A stretch of DNA of 38,733 nt from positions 1-38,733 of the forward strand of contig JBKHIT010000048.1 in assembly GCA_046538485.1 (NCBI GenBank), read 5' to 3'. Position numbers and translations under genes: made by a program. Positions 9,613-19,486 of the stretch are shown in pieces (positions within the stretch are counted from its first letter, which is position 1; every line of letters begins with the position of its first letter). The DNA comes from Candidatus Brocadiia bacterium (GTDB lineage: Bacteria > Planctomycetota > Brocadiia > SM23-32). Under the pieces are notes generated by a model. It was not told the origin of the DNA. It did not search any database and saw only the letters and a list, made by a program, of their open reading frames with translations.

Positions 9613-10830
9613 TTACTGACGGATCACGCGTGCCGGGCTTTGAAGGATATCTCCGGCGACCTGGCAGCGATTGGCCCAGCCCCATGATTTGGCCACGCAC
9701 AAGAGATAATGGAAAATATACGGAAGGCGGCCGTAGAAACTTTTCCCAAGAATTTTCCCGGTTCCCCAGCCCGGCGCAAGAGGCAGGACGTAACCGGGGT
9801 CGAAAGGCTCAAAAGCCTGAAGCGCCTCGCCACAAATTTGCCGAATAATGTTTTCTGCTGCGTGCCTGCCGCCGAGCACGGAAAATTGGACCGACATTCG
9901 CAGGGGGTTTTCGCGTCCCGCTGGAGTTGGGCCGGCGAGATCGCCGGCGGCGTAAATTCTATCGCACCCTTCGAGCTTCAGGGAGCTCTCCACTTTAAGC
10001 CTTTGGCCTTTGGTCGTAGGGATATCAAGCGATTTTGCCGCCGGACCGGGGCGCACGCCAGGGGTCCAGATAACCAGGGGATTATCGAGAGATTCTCCAT
10101 CTGTTAAGGTTGCGTTTTGGTCTTCAATTGACTCGATAGTAGTCCCGGTTTTCACTTCTATGCCGAGGCTTTGCATTAAAGCAATGGCCCAGTTCCGGAC
10201 CGATTCAGAGACGTTACGCAACGGTTTGGCCGCTTTTTCCACAATCAAAACACGGGCAGCTCCATTACTATTTCCGATTTTGGGGCCGGAAGCCATGCGC
10301 AGCAGGCGGACGATCTGTCCCGCGATTTCAAACCCCGTGTAGCCGCCGCCTACGACAACGATGTTGCCAGAGGACGTGCCTTTATCTGATTTCCATTTTT
10401 CGATTCGCCGAAGCAATTTTTCGCGGATTTGATGGCCTTCTTCCACCGTTTTGAGGCCGATCGTTTTTTGTGTCCACTTGTCCTGTCCGAAATAATTGGT
10501 CTCACAGCCGAAAGAAAGTATCAGAAAGTCGGTTTCGATACGATTGTTTTCTGTTTTTATTGCAGGCGGATTGTCAGAAATGGATCTTACGCAGGTCTGG
10601 CGAAATTGGAATCCGAGTCTTCGGCAGAAAGGGCGCAAAGGATACATTACAGAAGACGAACGGATACGGCCGGATATTAGATCGGGTAGAAGCGGGGCGA
10701 AGATACTGGCATGCGATTTGTCGACCATGACGACATCTATGTCGGCACCGTTTTGCTTCTGGTTAAAGAGTTCAGTGGCCGCAGAGATGCCCGCGAACCC
10801 GCCTCCAACGATAAGAATCTTTGCGCTCAT
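9613..10830 (-). CDS. NAD(P)/FAD-dependent oxidoreductase, type II NADH dehydrogenase-like
   Basis: ILIVGGGFAGISAA, VVVGGGYTGFE, IWTPGV, IYAAGD motifs; GGAGG RBS. Confidence 0.85.
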   Translation of the reverse strand: MSAKILIVGGGFAGISAATELFNQKQNGADIDVVMVDKSHASIFAPLLPDLISGRIRSSSVMYPLRPFCRRLGFQFRQTCVRSISDNPPAIKTENNRIETDFLILSFGCETNYFGQDKWTQKTIGLKTVEEGHQIREKLLRRIEKWKSDKGTSSGNIVVVGGGYTGFEIAGQIVRLLRMASGPKIGNSNGAARVLIVEKAAKPLRNVSESVRNWAIALMQSLGIEVKTGTTIESIEDQNATLTDGESLDNPLVIWTPGVRPGPAAKSLDIPTTKGQRLKVESSLKLEGCDRIYAAGDLAGPTPAGRENPLRMSVQFSVLGGRHAAENIIRQICGEALQAFEPFDPGYVLPLAPGWGTGKILGKSFYGRLPYIFHYLLCVAKSWGWANRCQVAGDILQSPARVIRQ

Positions 10831-10959
10831 TCAACGATCCTCCAATATGACCGGGGATGCCGGATTCCGGGTGGCATCGCTGATAGGGATACAGTTAGAC
10901 TATAATGGTAATGCGGCTAAGGTCCAACTGACTCTGTTGTACCCGGAAAGGGGAGCGCG

Positions 10960-11547
10960 ATGATCAATTACCTGACGCTATTGCTGATCAACATGGTGGC
11001 TGGTTTGTGTTTGCTTGGAGTGGCTGTTTTGGTGGGCCTCGGTTCGGAAAAGGCACAAAAAATGGCACCCGGTTTGGCGCTTTCAGGTTTGGTCGCTCTG
11101 TTTTTTGGTGCGGCCATTTGTCTGACCTGGCCGTTGCCCGGCAGTTTCAACATGGTATTCGGTGAACTTTCGGTTCTTTTCGGAGCCGTTCTTGCCGGGG
11201 TTGGAATTTGTTTATTCCGCAGGTGGGATCTGCAATCTGTTGCTATTTATGGTTTTTTCGCCGGAATTGTCGCTGTTGTGCTCGGGATTGGGATTATCCA
11301 TCTGGAGCTGACACAGAAACCACTATTTTCAGGAGTTGGTTTTATCCTGACCGGGCTCGGCGGAGTACTCTTTTTGCCCCTGTCGTTTAAACCGGAAAAT
11401 CTGATTTTGCGGAGTGTAGTCTCCGCGCTGCTGTTGCTATCGATGTTGACCTGGGCATTGACAGGTTACATGGCGTACTGGAGTCACCTGCCCAGGTTTT
11501 CGGATTGGACCCCCGATACAATGCTGGAGAGATCGTCGGCGGAATAG
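10960..11547 (+). CDS. DUF981-family integral membrane protein
   Basis: About 6 TM helices, TWPLPGSFNMVFGE motif, GGAG RBS; TATAAT at 10901-10906. Confidence 0.75.
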   Translation: MINYLTLLLINMVAGLCLLGVAVLVGLGSEKAQKMAPGLALSGLVALFFGAAICLTWPLPGSFNMVFGELSVLFGAVLAGVGICLFRRWDLQSVAIYGFFAGIVAVVLGIGIIHLELTQKPLFSGVGFILTGLGGVLFLPLSFKPENLILRSVVSALLLLSMLTWALTGYMAYWSHLPRFSDWTPDTMLERSSAE

Positions 11548-11594
11548 GTGACCAAAAGGGCTATGAAGTGCGGAGTACGTGAAGTGTCCGGGGG

Positions 11595-12959
11595 TCAGCG
11601 CAGATCATATTTTTCGATTTTTCGGTAGAGGGTTCGTTCGCCGATCCCGAGCAATTCGGCGGCCTTTTCCCGGTTGCCATCGACCAGCTCAAGGGTGCGG
11701 GCGATGTGTTCGCGCTCGACATTTTCGAGCGGCTGACCGGCCATGGATTCCATACTTCCCCTTTCGGGTGCAATACCGAGTTCGCTCTGGAGATATTCAG
11801 GCAGATCGTCTTCTCCCAGTTCGTCGTCCGTGGTTACGACGATCATATGTTCCAGGCAATTTCGAAGTTCCCGGACATTCCCCGGCCAATCGTACTGAAA
11901 AAGGAATTTTTTGATTTTCGGGCTCAGTCCGTGGACAGATTTACCGTGTTGTTCGGAGAGATGTCGAAGGAAATGATCGGCCAGCAGAGTGATATCGGAT
12001 CGTCTTTCGCGCAGTGACGGCAGGTTAACGGTAACGACATTGAGTCGATAAAACAGGTCTTCCCGGAAAGAATTATCCTTAATTTTTTCCTGCAAATTAC
12101 GGTGCGTGGCAGCGATCAGACGCACATCTATACGGATTGGATCGTTGCTTCCGACGCGGACGATTTGGCCGTGTTCGAGCACTCGAAGGAGTTTTACCTG
12201 GCTGGAGAGGGGCATGTCTCCGATTTCATCGAGGAACAATGTACCGTGGTCGGCGTACTCGAACATACCCACTCTTGAGCTTGTTGCGCCGGTAAAAGCC
12301 CCTTTTTCGTGGCCGAACAGTTCGCTTTCCAGGATGGTTTCTACCAGACCGGCACAATTAAGCGGGACGAACCGGTTATTACTCCGGGCGCTGTTATAGT
12401 GGACTGCACGGGCCACCAGTTCTTTTCCCGTGCCGGTTTCTCCCTGGATGAGCACAGTAGCGTCGGTTGCCGCGGCCTGGCGTATCCGTTCGAAAACTTT
12501 CAGCATCGGCTGGCTATTGCCGACGATATTTTGGAGACGGTAGTTTTCGCTTACTTCTTTTTGGAGGGCCTCACGGTCCCGATGCAATGAAATGTATTCG
12601 GCGGCGCGGTCAACAACAATGGAAAATTCCGTATGGTTGAGAGGTTTGTGAAGGTAATTGGTCGCACCTTCGGACATGGCCTTGACGCCTGCCGGTATAT
12701 CTTCGTCGCCGCCCAGGGCAATGATTTGAACCTCTGGGCGTGCACGACGTGCCTCCCGTAATATCTCCCAGCCTTTTCCGTCGGGCAGTGCCAGATTGAC
12801 GATGACAACCTCATGATTTCCGGAGGCCGCTTGTTTGAGCCCTTTTTCCGGTTCGGTTGCCACCGTGCATGCGTGGCCCATCGCTTCCAGCGTCTGGGCG
12901 ATATTTTCAGCGACCGCTGGATCGATCTCGGTGACGAGGACATTCACGTGGTTTTGCAT
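11595..12959 (-). CDS. Sigma54-dependent activator (NtrC-like) with atypical receiver domain
   Basis: GETGTGKE, ESELFGHEKGAFTGA, LFLDEIG, WPGNVREL, Fis-type HTH; receiver phospho-Asp position is Asn. Confidence 0.93.
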   Translation of the reverse strand: MQNHVNVLVTEIDPAVAENIAQTLEAMGHACTVATEPEKGLKQAASGNHEVVIVNLALPDGKGWEILREARRARPEVQIIALGGDEDIPAGVKAMSEGATNYLHKPLNHTEFSIVVDRAAEYISLHRDREALQKEVSENYRLQNIVGNSQPMLKVFERIRQAAATDATVLIQGETGTGKELVARAVHYNSARSNNRFVPLNCAGLVETILESELFGHEKGAFTGATSSRVGMFEYADHGTLFLDEIGDMPLSSQVKLLRVLEHGQIVRVGSNDPIRIDVRLIAATHRNLQEKIKDNSFREDLFYRLNVVTVNLPSLRERRSDITLLADHFLRHLSEQHGKSVHGLSPKIKKFLFQYDWPGNVRELRNCLEHMIVVTTDDELGEDDLPEYLQSELGIAPERGSMESMAGQPLENVEREHIARTLELVDGNREKAAELLGIGERTLYRKIEKYDLR

Positions 12960-13046
12960 ATGTCCTCCTGACGCTTACGTCCCTGTTGGCGAACAGTATA
13001 TGTCGTAACCGAGGATGACGGAGTTTCGTCTCGGCCCGGGGATATG

Positions 13047-15146
13047 TTAGTCGCCTTCTTCTTCTTTCATCGCCGCTTTACGGCTCAAACGGATACGGTT
13101 GCCGTCAATTTCAAGGACTTTGACCTTGATTTTATCGCCGACGTCACAGATATCGGTGACTTCATCGACGTAACTATCCTCGAGCTCGCTGATATGGCAG
13201 AGCCCGTCGGTGCCGGGGAACAATTCGACGATAGGCCCGAAATCTTTAACTTCCACGACCTGTCCTTCGTAGATTTTTCCGACTTCGGCGCCACCACCGG
13301 CGAGATTTTTGACGTAATCGACAGCTCCGTCGACATCACCTTCGGCGTCGCTTGATATTGTGACCGTTCCGTCATCTTCGACTTCGATATTGCACTCGAA
13401 ATCTTCTTCGAGTCTTCGGATGGTTTTACCACCGGGTCCGATGAGACTTCCGATATTTTCGGGATCGATTTGGAGACGGTGGAGTTTCGGGGCGTATTTC
13501 GAAATTTCTTCGCGCGGCCGACGCAGGGTCTCGAGCATGATTCGAAGTATTTCAAGTCTCGCATCCCGGGCTTTGGTAAGGACATTTTCCAGGATGTCGG
13601 GTGCAACCCCCTTCATTTTGATATCCAGCTGAAGGGCCGTGATACCTTTCTGGGTCCCCGCTACTTTGAAATCCATATCGCCGCAGTGATCTTCAACGCC
13701 GGCGATATCGGAGAGCAGAATTGATTGATCATCCTCGACAACAACCCCCATTGCAACCCCAGCGACCGGATCTGAGATAGCAACCCCGGCGTCCATTAAA
13801 GATAGTGTTCCCCCGCATACCGATGCCATTGATGAGGATCCATTTGATTCCAGCACATCCGAGACGAGTCTGATAGTGTATGGGAAATCATCAGGATCGG
13901 GGAGAACGGCCGATAGGGCATGTTCGGCCAGCTGGCCGTGTCCAATTTCGCGTCGCTTCGGACCGCGGGGTCGCCAGACTTCGCCGACGCACCAGCCGGG
14001 GAAATTGTAGTGAAGCATGAATTTCTTAGGGTTTTCTTCCACCAGCGGGTCGAGGATTCTCTGTTCATCTTCCACGGTGCCGAGAGTGGTTACCACGAGG
14101 GCTTGTGTTTCCCCGCGGGTGAAAAGGGCTGAACCGTGTGTTCGCGGCAAGGCCGCGACCCGGCAATCGATCTCTCGGATATCATCCGGGGCTCGACCAT
14201 CGTAGCGGGTGCCCTGTTCAATAATTTGCTTGCGGATAATTTCTTCTTCGAGCGTCTCGAATGCGTCATTGATATCGTCTTCAGTGGGAGCTTCTTCCTG
14301 ATCTTCGGCGCAAAGTTCTTCCACGGCGCTCTGTTTTATTTTCCGAATGGCTTCACTCCGTGCCAGTTTTACGGAAGTGTTGCTGGCATCAGCAAGTTCT
14401 TCCCCATATTTCGAACGCACCGTATCTGTGATCGCCTGATTGGTTTGGACGGGATTATAGGTTCGGTCCGCTTTCCCGCACATCTGAGCCAGTTCTTCCA
14501 CCGCTTCGACGACGACGGTATTGGCGTCCTGGGCCAGGTTTAAAGCGGTCATTACGTCTTCTTCCGGGATAATATCGGCGAACCCTTCAACCATGACCAC
14601 AGCATCAGACGTGCCAGATACGACAAATTCGAGTTCGCTATTTTCCCGAGCTTCTCTCGTTGGGTTGAGGATAAATTCATCTTCCACAAGGCCGACGCGG
14701 GTAGAACCCGTGGGCCCCTCCCAGGGGATATCGCTTATCTGAAGGGCGGCTGATGCTCCAATCATTGCGAGGACATCGGGATCGTTCTCACCATCGGCAC
14801 TCAGAACACAGCAGGCCACCATAACTTCCTGCTGATAATCGTCGGGGAAAAGGGGTCTTATGGGCCGATCAATAACCCTCATTGTGAGGATCTCTTTTGT
14901 TGTCGGTCGTCCCTCTCGTTTAATTATACCGCCGGGGAATTTGCCCGCCGCGTATTGGTTTTCCCTGTAATCAACGGTCAGTGGAAAGAAACCAAGATCT
15001 TTCTCAGTGCGCTCCGCCGTGGCCGTTACTAAAACAACGCTTTCACCGTACGTTACAAGAACAGCTCCATCGGCCTGTCGGGCCATATCTCCACTTTCAA
15101 AAACAAGCTTACGTCCAGCAATTTGCTTTTCCACTTTCGACGCCAC
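13047..15146 (-). CDS. pnp: Polyribonucleotide nucleotidyltransferase
   Basis: FFPLTVDYRE, HGSALFTRGETQ, RREIGHG, SNGSSSMASVC, GDMDFKVAGT, KH and S1 domains; GTG start with GGAGG. Confidence 0.98.
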   Translation of the reverse strand: MASKVEKQIAGRKLVFESGDMARQADGAVLVTYGESVVLVTATAERTEKDLGFFPLTVDYRENQYAAGKFPGGIIKREGRPTTKEILTMRVIDRPIRPLFPDDYQQEVMVACCVLSADGENDPDVLAMIGASAALQISDIPWEGPTGSTRVGLVEDEFILNPTREARENSELEFVVSGTSDAVVMVEGFADIIPEEDVMTALNLAQDANTVVVEAVEELAQMCGKADRTYNPVQTNQAITDTVRSKYGEELADASNTSVKLARSEAIRKIKQSAVEELCAEDQEEAPTEDDINDAFETLEEEIIRKQIIEQGTRYDGRAPDDIREIDCRVAALPRTHGSALFTRGETQALVVTTLGTVEDEQRILDPLVEENPKKFMLHYNFPGWCVGEVWRPRGPKRREIGHGQLAEHALSAVLPDPDDFPYTIRLVSDVLESNGSSSMASVCGGTLSLMDAGVAISDPVAGVAMGVVVEDDQSILLSDIAGVEDHCGDMDFKVAGTQKGITALQLDIKMKGVAPDILENVLTKARDARLEILRIMLETLRRPREEISKYAPKLHRLQIDPENIGSLIGPGGKTIRRLEEDFECNIEVEDDGTVTISSDAEGDVDGAVDYVKNLAGGGAEVGKIYEGQVVEVKDFGPIVELFPGTDGLCHISELEDSYVDEVTDICDVGDKIKVKVLEIDGNRIRLSRKAAMKEEEGD

Positions 15147-15440
15147 AGCAAAATACCTCCATTCAGCGATTCATTTTATTTCAGCAATCTTTGCGGGTCG
15201 TATCCGCAGGACTACACTCTCTTTTCGTCACATTCACTTAAAACTATTGGACTCTTCAGACAGAGACCGGTCCACAGTTTGCCTTCTGGACGCCATCAAT
15301 TAAGCAACGTTTACGTTGGAACAAGTCAAGACAGCACCGGTCCCTGTTCAGGCGCTTTTGTCTTGTGCGAGCCAGAACGCTCCGGCTGGCATTGTTAATA
15401 ACAATCATTCACTTCCGGAAGGAGATTCGGTGCGGGGGGA

Positions 15441-15704
15441 TCACTTCCTTATGCCAAGGTCAGAGATGAGATTTTGATACCGTTCTTCGTCCTTCCGCCT
15501 CAGATACTTCAGCAATGATGCACGCTGGCCGACAAGTTTCAGAAGTCCTGTTCGTGATCCGTGATCCTTTTTGTGTTCGCGGAGGTGATCGGTCAGGTTT
15601 TGAATCCGTTCCGTCATAAGAGCTATTTGTACCTCCGGCGAACCAGTGTCGTCCGCATGCAACTTAAAATCATCAATTATTTCTTGTTTTCTCGTCTTTT
15701 CCAT
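15441..15704 (-). CDS. rpsO: 30S ribosomal protein S15
   Basis: [29 protein letters not shown]; canonical rpsO-pnp order. Confidence 0.98.
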   Translation of the reverse strand: MEKTRKQEIIDDFKLHADDTGSPEVQIALMTERIQNLTDHLREHKKDHGSRTGLLKLVGQRASLLKYLRRKDEERYQNLISDLGIRK

Positions 15705-15982
15705 CGTCAGTATTCAGCCAACCTTAAAGAATCTCAGAATAAGGCGCTTACGTCCCGGTTCTTCAAAACTGTTTTCGCGCTTACCGCAGCACAAAACGGT
15801 GCGCTCGCAGCTCATGCTCTTAATGTGTCCGTTTCTCGTGCGCCAGCATAAGCCATCTACATTGAAACGACATTGCGAGACGGCTCAGCCGATGCGTCAA
15901 CATCGCTTTTGGCCCGAAGGGCGGTGGAATGTTCTACTCATCCTGCGTTGAGCTGTCAATGACCCCCACTCCGGGAGCTGAT

Positions 15983-16011
15983 ATTCTATTACACAGGGTA
16001 AACAAGCACAA
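15983..16011 (-). promoter_or_regulatory. Putative rpsO-pnp promoter
   Basis: Minus strand TTGTGC-N17-TAGAAT, implying a leader of about 270 nt. Confidence 0.5.
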
Positions 16012-16134
16012 TCACAAAGACACGCAAACCGGTCTCGATTTTCCGAAAGGCTGCTGACCCGGGGAAAATACCAACCCTGACGAGACTATCACCATACCAA
16101 ATTCTGTGCGCTTGTGCAAAAGGATAAAACGTCC

Positions 16135-16614
16135 TTAGACTTGTAATTCTTTTTCAACCGCGGCTTCGTAATCGTCGAGGCGCCGGCTGAGAATGGGTGA
16201 AATTTCTTCGCCCGGTTCGATGCTGAAAGGCTCAATCCCGAAGATGACGAGCTTCCTGGGACAGGCTTCGATTTTTCTGGCGAGCCCAATGATCTCCAAC
16301 AAATCGGCTTCGTGAAGGGAAAACCCCGGCAGTTTTTTCGCCGAGCGGACCTCTTCATCGGAGAATCTGCATAGCGTCCCCGGTTCCGAGTCCATTTTAG
16401 CGCAGTCGACAAAAACCGCCTTTTCTCGGTGGGAGATTGTGTGAAGCAGTTTCATTCCACCGGTTCCCGCTTCGAAAAACTCGACCTGTGGTCTGGGGGC
16501 GCTTTTTTCCTGGAGGTTTCTCACAACCCGAATACCAATCCCTTCGTCTGAGAACAGGATATTGCCCAGACCAGCGACAAGGATCGGCTTGATGATTTCA
16601 GACGAATTCGACAT
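16135..16614 (-). CDS. Hydrogenase maturation endopeptidase
   Basis: LVAGLGNILFSDEGIG, EAGTGG, FVDC, SLHE, FGIEP; ATG at 16614 overlaps the end of the large subunit. Confidence 0.93.
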   Translation of the reverse strand: MSNSSEIIKPILVAGLGNILFSDEGIGIRVVRNLQEKSAPRPQVEFFEAGTGGMKLLHTISHREKAVFVDCAKMDSEPGTLCRFSDEEVRSAKKLPGFSLHEADLLEIIGLARKIEACPRKLVIFGIEPFSIEPGEEISPILSRRLDDYEAAVEKELQV

Positions 16615-17896
16615 CGAGATAGTGGGTTGAGCAGGAAATACACGGATCATAAGCCCGCACCAGCATTTCCATCATCAACCGCACATCCTCTTGATCCTGG
16701 TCGATTATCTCGGGGACGAGCGCTTCAAAGTCTTTCTGGATGTTGCCATGGTTTTGATTTGTCGGGATCGTGATGTTCGACCCGACGCAGACGCCATCGT
16801 CATCAAATTCGTAACTGTGGAACAGGATTCCACGAGGCGCTTCGCAGCACCCAACACCCCATCCGGCTTTCGGCGTGACATCGGGTGCTTCGGGTTCAAT
16901 TCCCGTTTCCAGGAGTTCATCGATCAATTGAAGGGCGTGTTCGGCGACCTGGGCGCATTCGACCACCTGAGCCACATTGTTCATATACGGGTTGCAACAT
17001 CCCGGTTCGAGACCGAGCTGCTCGGCAACTTCTTGCGCGAGCGGCAGAAGCTGATCGGCGTTGATATTGTAGCGCGCGAGGGCGCCGACGGCGTATGATT
17101 CCCGATGCCATTTGGTCCATTTGGCGGTGGATTGTGGGGAGACGTATTCGTTGGCGACGCTTTCGAATTTTTGAACGGGCAGCGTATCGTCGGTATCGGT
17201 GCTGCCGATATCGCCGTGATAGAACGTGTAATATCCGGCATCAGTGAGACCGATATATTCTGTCGGGCGATCGAAATCGGGGATGCCGCTGGCCAGTTCG
17301 CCGACCGCTTCGACGACGGCTTTGAGGTCAGGGACCCGGGCTTCAATCGCGCTTTTCAGGTAACGAAGATCGTCCTCGGTTGGCAATTTTCCCCATCCGC
17401 CCGGTCGGAGCGCGACCGGGTGTGTCATTCGTCCACCGATAACCTCCATGATATCGTTGCCGAGTTTATGAAGGCGTATGATGGTTTTGACCAGTTCCGG
17501 GTGTGACGAGGTGAGGGGCACAACCGATTTCGCACCCAGCAGATCGGGCGCGACCAGATAGCCGACATGGAGCACGTGGCTTTCGATCTGTTCCCCGTGG
17601 AGCAGCAGCAGGCGCAGTTTTTCGCTTTGTTCCGATATTTCGATATCCATAGCATCCTCGATCGCTTTTGTAGCAGCGAGGGAATGCGTGCAGGAACAAA
17701 TCCCACAGATCCGGCTTACGACAGTCTGGATATCTTCGTAACTCCTTCCACGCACCATAGCTTCGAAGAAGCGGGGTGCTTCGGGGACCTGCCATTCCAC
17801 TTTGTGGATTTCGCCATCCTTTGCGCTGACTTCTATATTCCCGTGTCCTTCGACGCGGGTTATGTGATGCACGTTGATGTCAATCGTGCTGGACAT
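16598..17896 (-). CDS. hydA: [NiFe]-hydrogenase group 3b large (alpha) subunit
   Basis: TRVEGHG, RICGIC, EAPRG, RAYDPCISCSTH plus 7-aa cleavable tail. Confidence 0.95.
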   Translation of the reverse strand: MSSTIDINVHHITRVEGHGNIEVSAKDGEIHKVEWQVPEAPRFFEAMVRGRSYEDIQTVVSRICGICSCTHSLAATKAIEDAMDIEISEQSEKLRLLLLHGEQIESHVLHVGYLVAPDLLGAKSVVPLTSSHPELVKTIIRLHKLGNDIMEVIGGRMTHPVALRPGGWGKLPTEDDLRYLKSAIEARVPDLKAVVEAVGELASGIPDFDRPTEYIGLTDAGYYTFYHGDIGSTDTDDTLPVQKFESVANEYVSPQSTAKWTKWHRESYAVGALARYNINADQLLPLAQEVAEQLGLEPGCCNPYMNNVAQVVECAQVAEHALQLIDELLETGIEPEAPDVTPKAGWGVGCCEAPRGILFHSYEFDDDGVCVGSNITIPTNQNHGNIQKDFEALVPEIIDQDQEDVRLMMEMLVRAYDPCISCSTHYLDVEFV

Positions 17897-18638
17897 TTTG
17901 TATCTCCCGTTCCGTGTTGAAAAGGAGGAGTTTTTCTTCGAGGTCCTCCATTGTTTTTCCGTATTTTTCCATTACCTCTTGAGCGGCGGGTACGTTGGGA
18001 TCATCGGCCAGGCCCCGGCATCCGAAACATCCGCGTTCGGCGGCGGGACATGGCGCTCCACAGCCCGCACGTGTGACAACACCGAGGCATATTTCGCCAT
18101 ATTCATAACGGCAGATTATACCCCGGGATTTGCATTCCACACACACCGGGTAATCGGGGATGACGGGTTCTTTGCCCATGGCGAGGCAGCGTGCGACGTA
18201 GGTGAATTCATCTTTATCCATGGGGCAACCATGGACCATGTAATCGACATCGACGATTTCTGGGACCCCTCGTGTCGGGGCAGTATTGAGGTGCGGCATA
18301 TCGGCATCATCACCGTAGACGCATTCCTTAACGTCGTCGAGATCGAAGTTATTCTTAATCCGGTTGACGCCTCCGATCGTGGCGCAGGCGCCCAGGGCCA
18401 CAACGATATCGGCTTTTTCGCGGATACGTTTGACCCGTTCGACATCCTGCGAGCGTGTTATTGAACCTTCCACGAGAGCAATATCGAAATCGTCGCTTTC
18501 TTCGGTCATAGCTTCGCGCCAGGTTACCGGTTCCACGATCTGGATCAAGTCCAGAATTTCCTCTTCGAGGTTTACGATTTGGAGCTGGCAACCTTCGCAG
18601 CACGCGAAGTCAAAAATGGCCACACGGGGTTTACTCAT
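17880..18638 (-). CDS. hydD: Group 3b hydrogenase small (delta) subunit
   Basis: CCEGCQ, VEGS, GACA, GCP, VCVEC...CLG..TRAGCGAPCP...CFGCRG. Confidence 0.93.
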   Translation of the reverse strand: MSKPRVAIFDFACCEGCQLQIVNLEEEILDLIQIVEPVTWREAMTEESDDFDIALVEGSITRSQDVERVKRIREKADIVVALGACATIGGVNRIKNNFDLDDVKECVYGDDADMPHLNTAPTRGVPEIVDVDYMVHGCPMDKDEFTYVARCLAMGKEPVIPDYPVCVECKSRGIICRYEYGEICLGVVTRAGCGAPCPAAERGCFGCRGLADDPNVPAAQEVMEKYGKTMEDLEEKLLLFNTEREIQNVQHD

Positions 18639-19486
18639 TGAATGGCCTCCTCCAGTCCTTCAATGTCGGCGTATTTAAAAACGGGACCGTCCTGGCAGAC
18701 ATAAATCCCGTTGATCTGGCAGTGTCCGCATTTACCCACACCGCACTTCATGTGTCGCTCAAGGGAGAGAAAGATGTTTTCGTTTGCAAAAGCCATCTCG
18801 AAAAGTTCGAGCAACACGAATTTGTACATAACGGGTGGACCACAGACCATCGCAGTTGTGTTATCAGGATCGATTGATATTTTCGGCATGAGGGTTGTGA
18901 TGACTCCGACGTTACCCTCCCAGTGATCCTCGGCGCGATCGACTGTGTCGAGATATTCGATGTCATCTCGCCGTTCCCACTCAACGAGTTCCTGCAGGAA
19001 CAGTCGTTCGGCCGGAGTTTTGCTCCCGTAGAGGATAATGACACGTCCGTAGTCATCACGGTTATGCAGCACGTAATTTATGGCAGAGCGAAGTGGCACC
19101 AGCCCGATACCGCCTGCGATAAAGAGGACGTCTCGGTCTTTCATGGCGGGATCATCGACTGGAAATGAGGTTCCGAAGGGGCCGCGAACGCCCACCTTGT
19201 CACCGGGTTCGAGGCCGTGCATAGCCTCAGTTACATTGCCGATTTTTCTGACAACCATTTCGAAACTGCCGTTTTGCGTGGGCGATGAAGAGATGGAAAA
19301 CGGGGCTTCTCCGATACCGGGTATGGAAAGCTCGCAGAACTGCCCCGGCATATGCCCGAGTTCTTCTCCGGATTCCATCCGGAAGCGGAAATACGCTTCC
19401 AGCTCTGTCATCGGTTTGGATTCGAGCACCTCCGCGGGCTCGGGGAGGTAAATATCTTTTACGTTTTCGTGACAGGTGCAACCCAT
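18635..19486 (-). CDS. hydG: Group 3b hydrogenase gamma subunit (FAD/NAD(P)-binding, 2Fe-2S)
   Basis: PGQF, GEAPFSISS, RGPFG, AGGIGLVPLRS, CGPPVM, CGVGKCGHC...VCQDGPVF; TAATG coupling with upstream gene fixes the start at 19486. Confidence 0.93.
   Translation of the reverse strand: MGCTCHENVKDIYLPEPAEVLESKPMTELEAYFRFRMESGEELGHMPGQFCELSIPGIGEAPFSISSSPTQNGSFEMVVRKIGNVTEAMHGLEPGDKVGVRGPFGTSFPVDDPAMKDRDVLFIAGGIGLVPLRSAINYVLHNRDDYGRVIILYGSKTPAERLFLQELVEWERRDDIEYLDTVDRAEDHWEGNVGVITTLMPKISIDPDNTTAMVCGPPVMYKFVLLELFEMAFANENIFLSLERHMKCGVGKCGHCQINGIYVCQDGPVFKYADIEGLEEAIQ

Noticed and set aside
10871..10890. Sigma54 promoters at TGGCA sites (10872, about 20711, about 35579)
   Set aside because: None has the -12 TTGC at the required spacing
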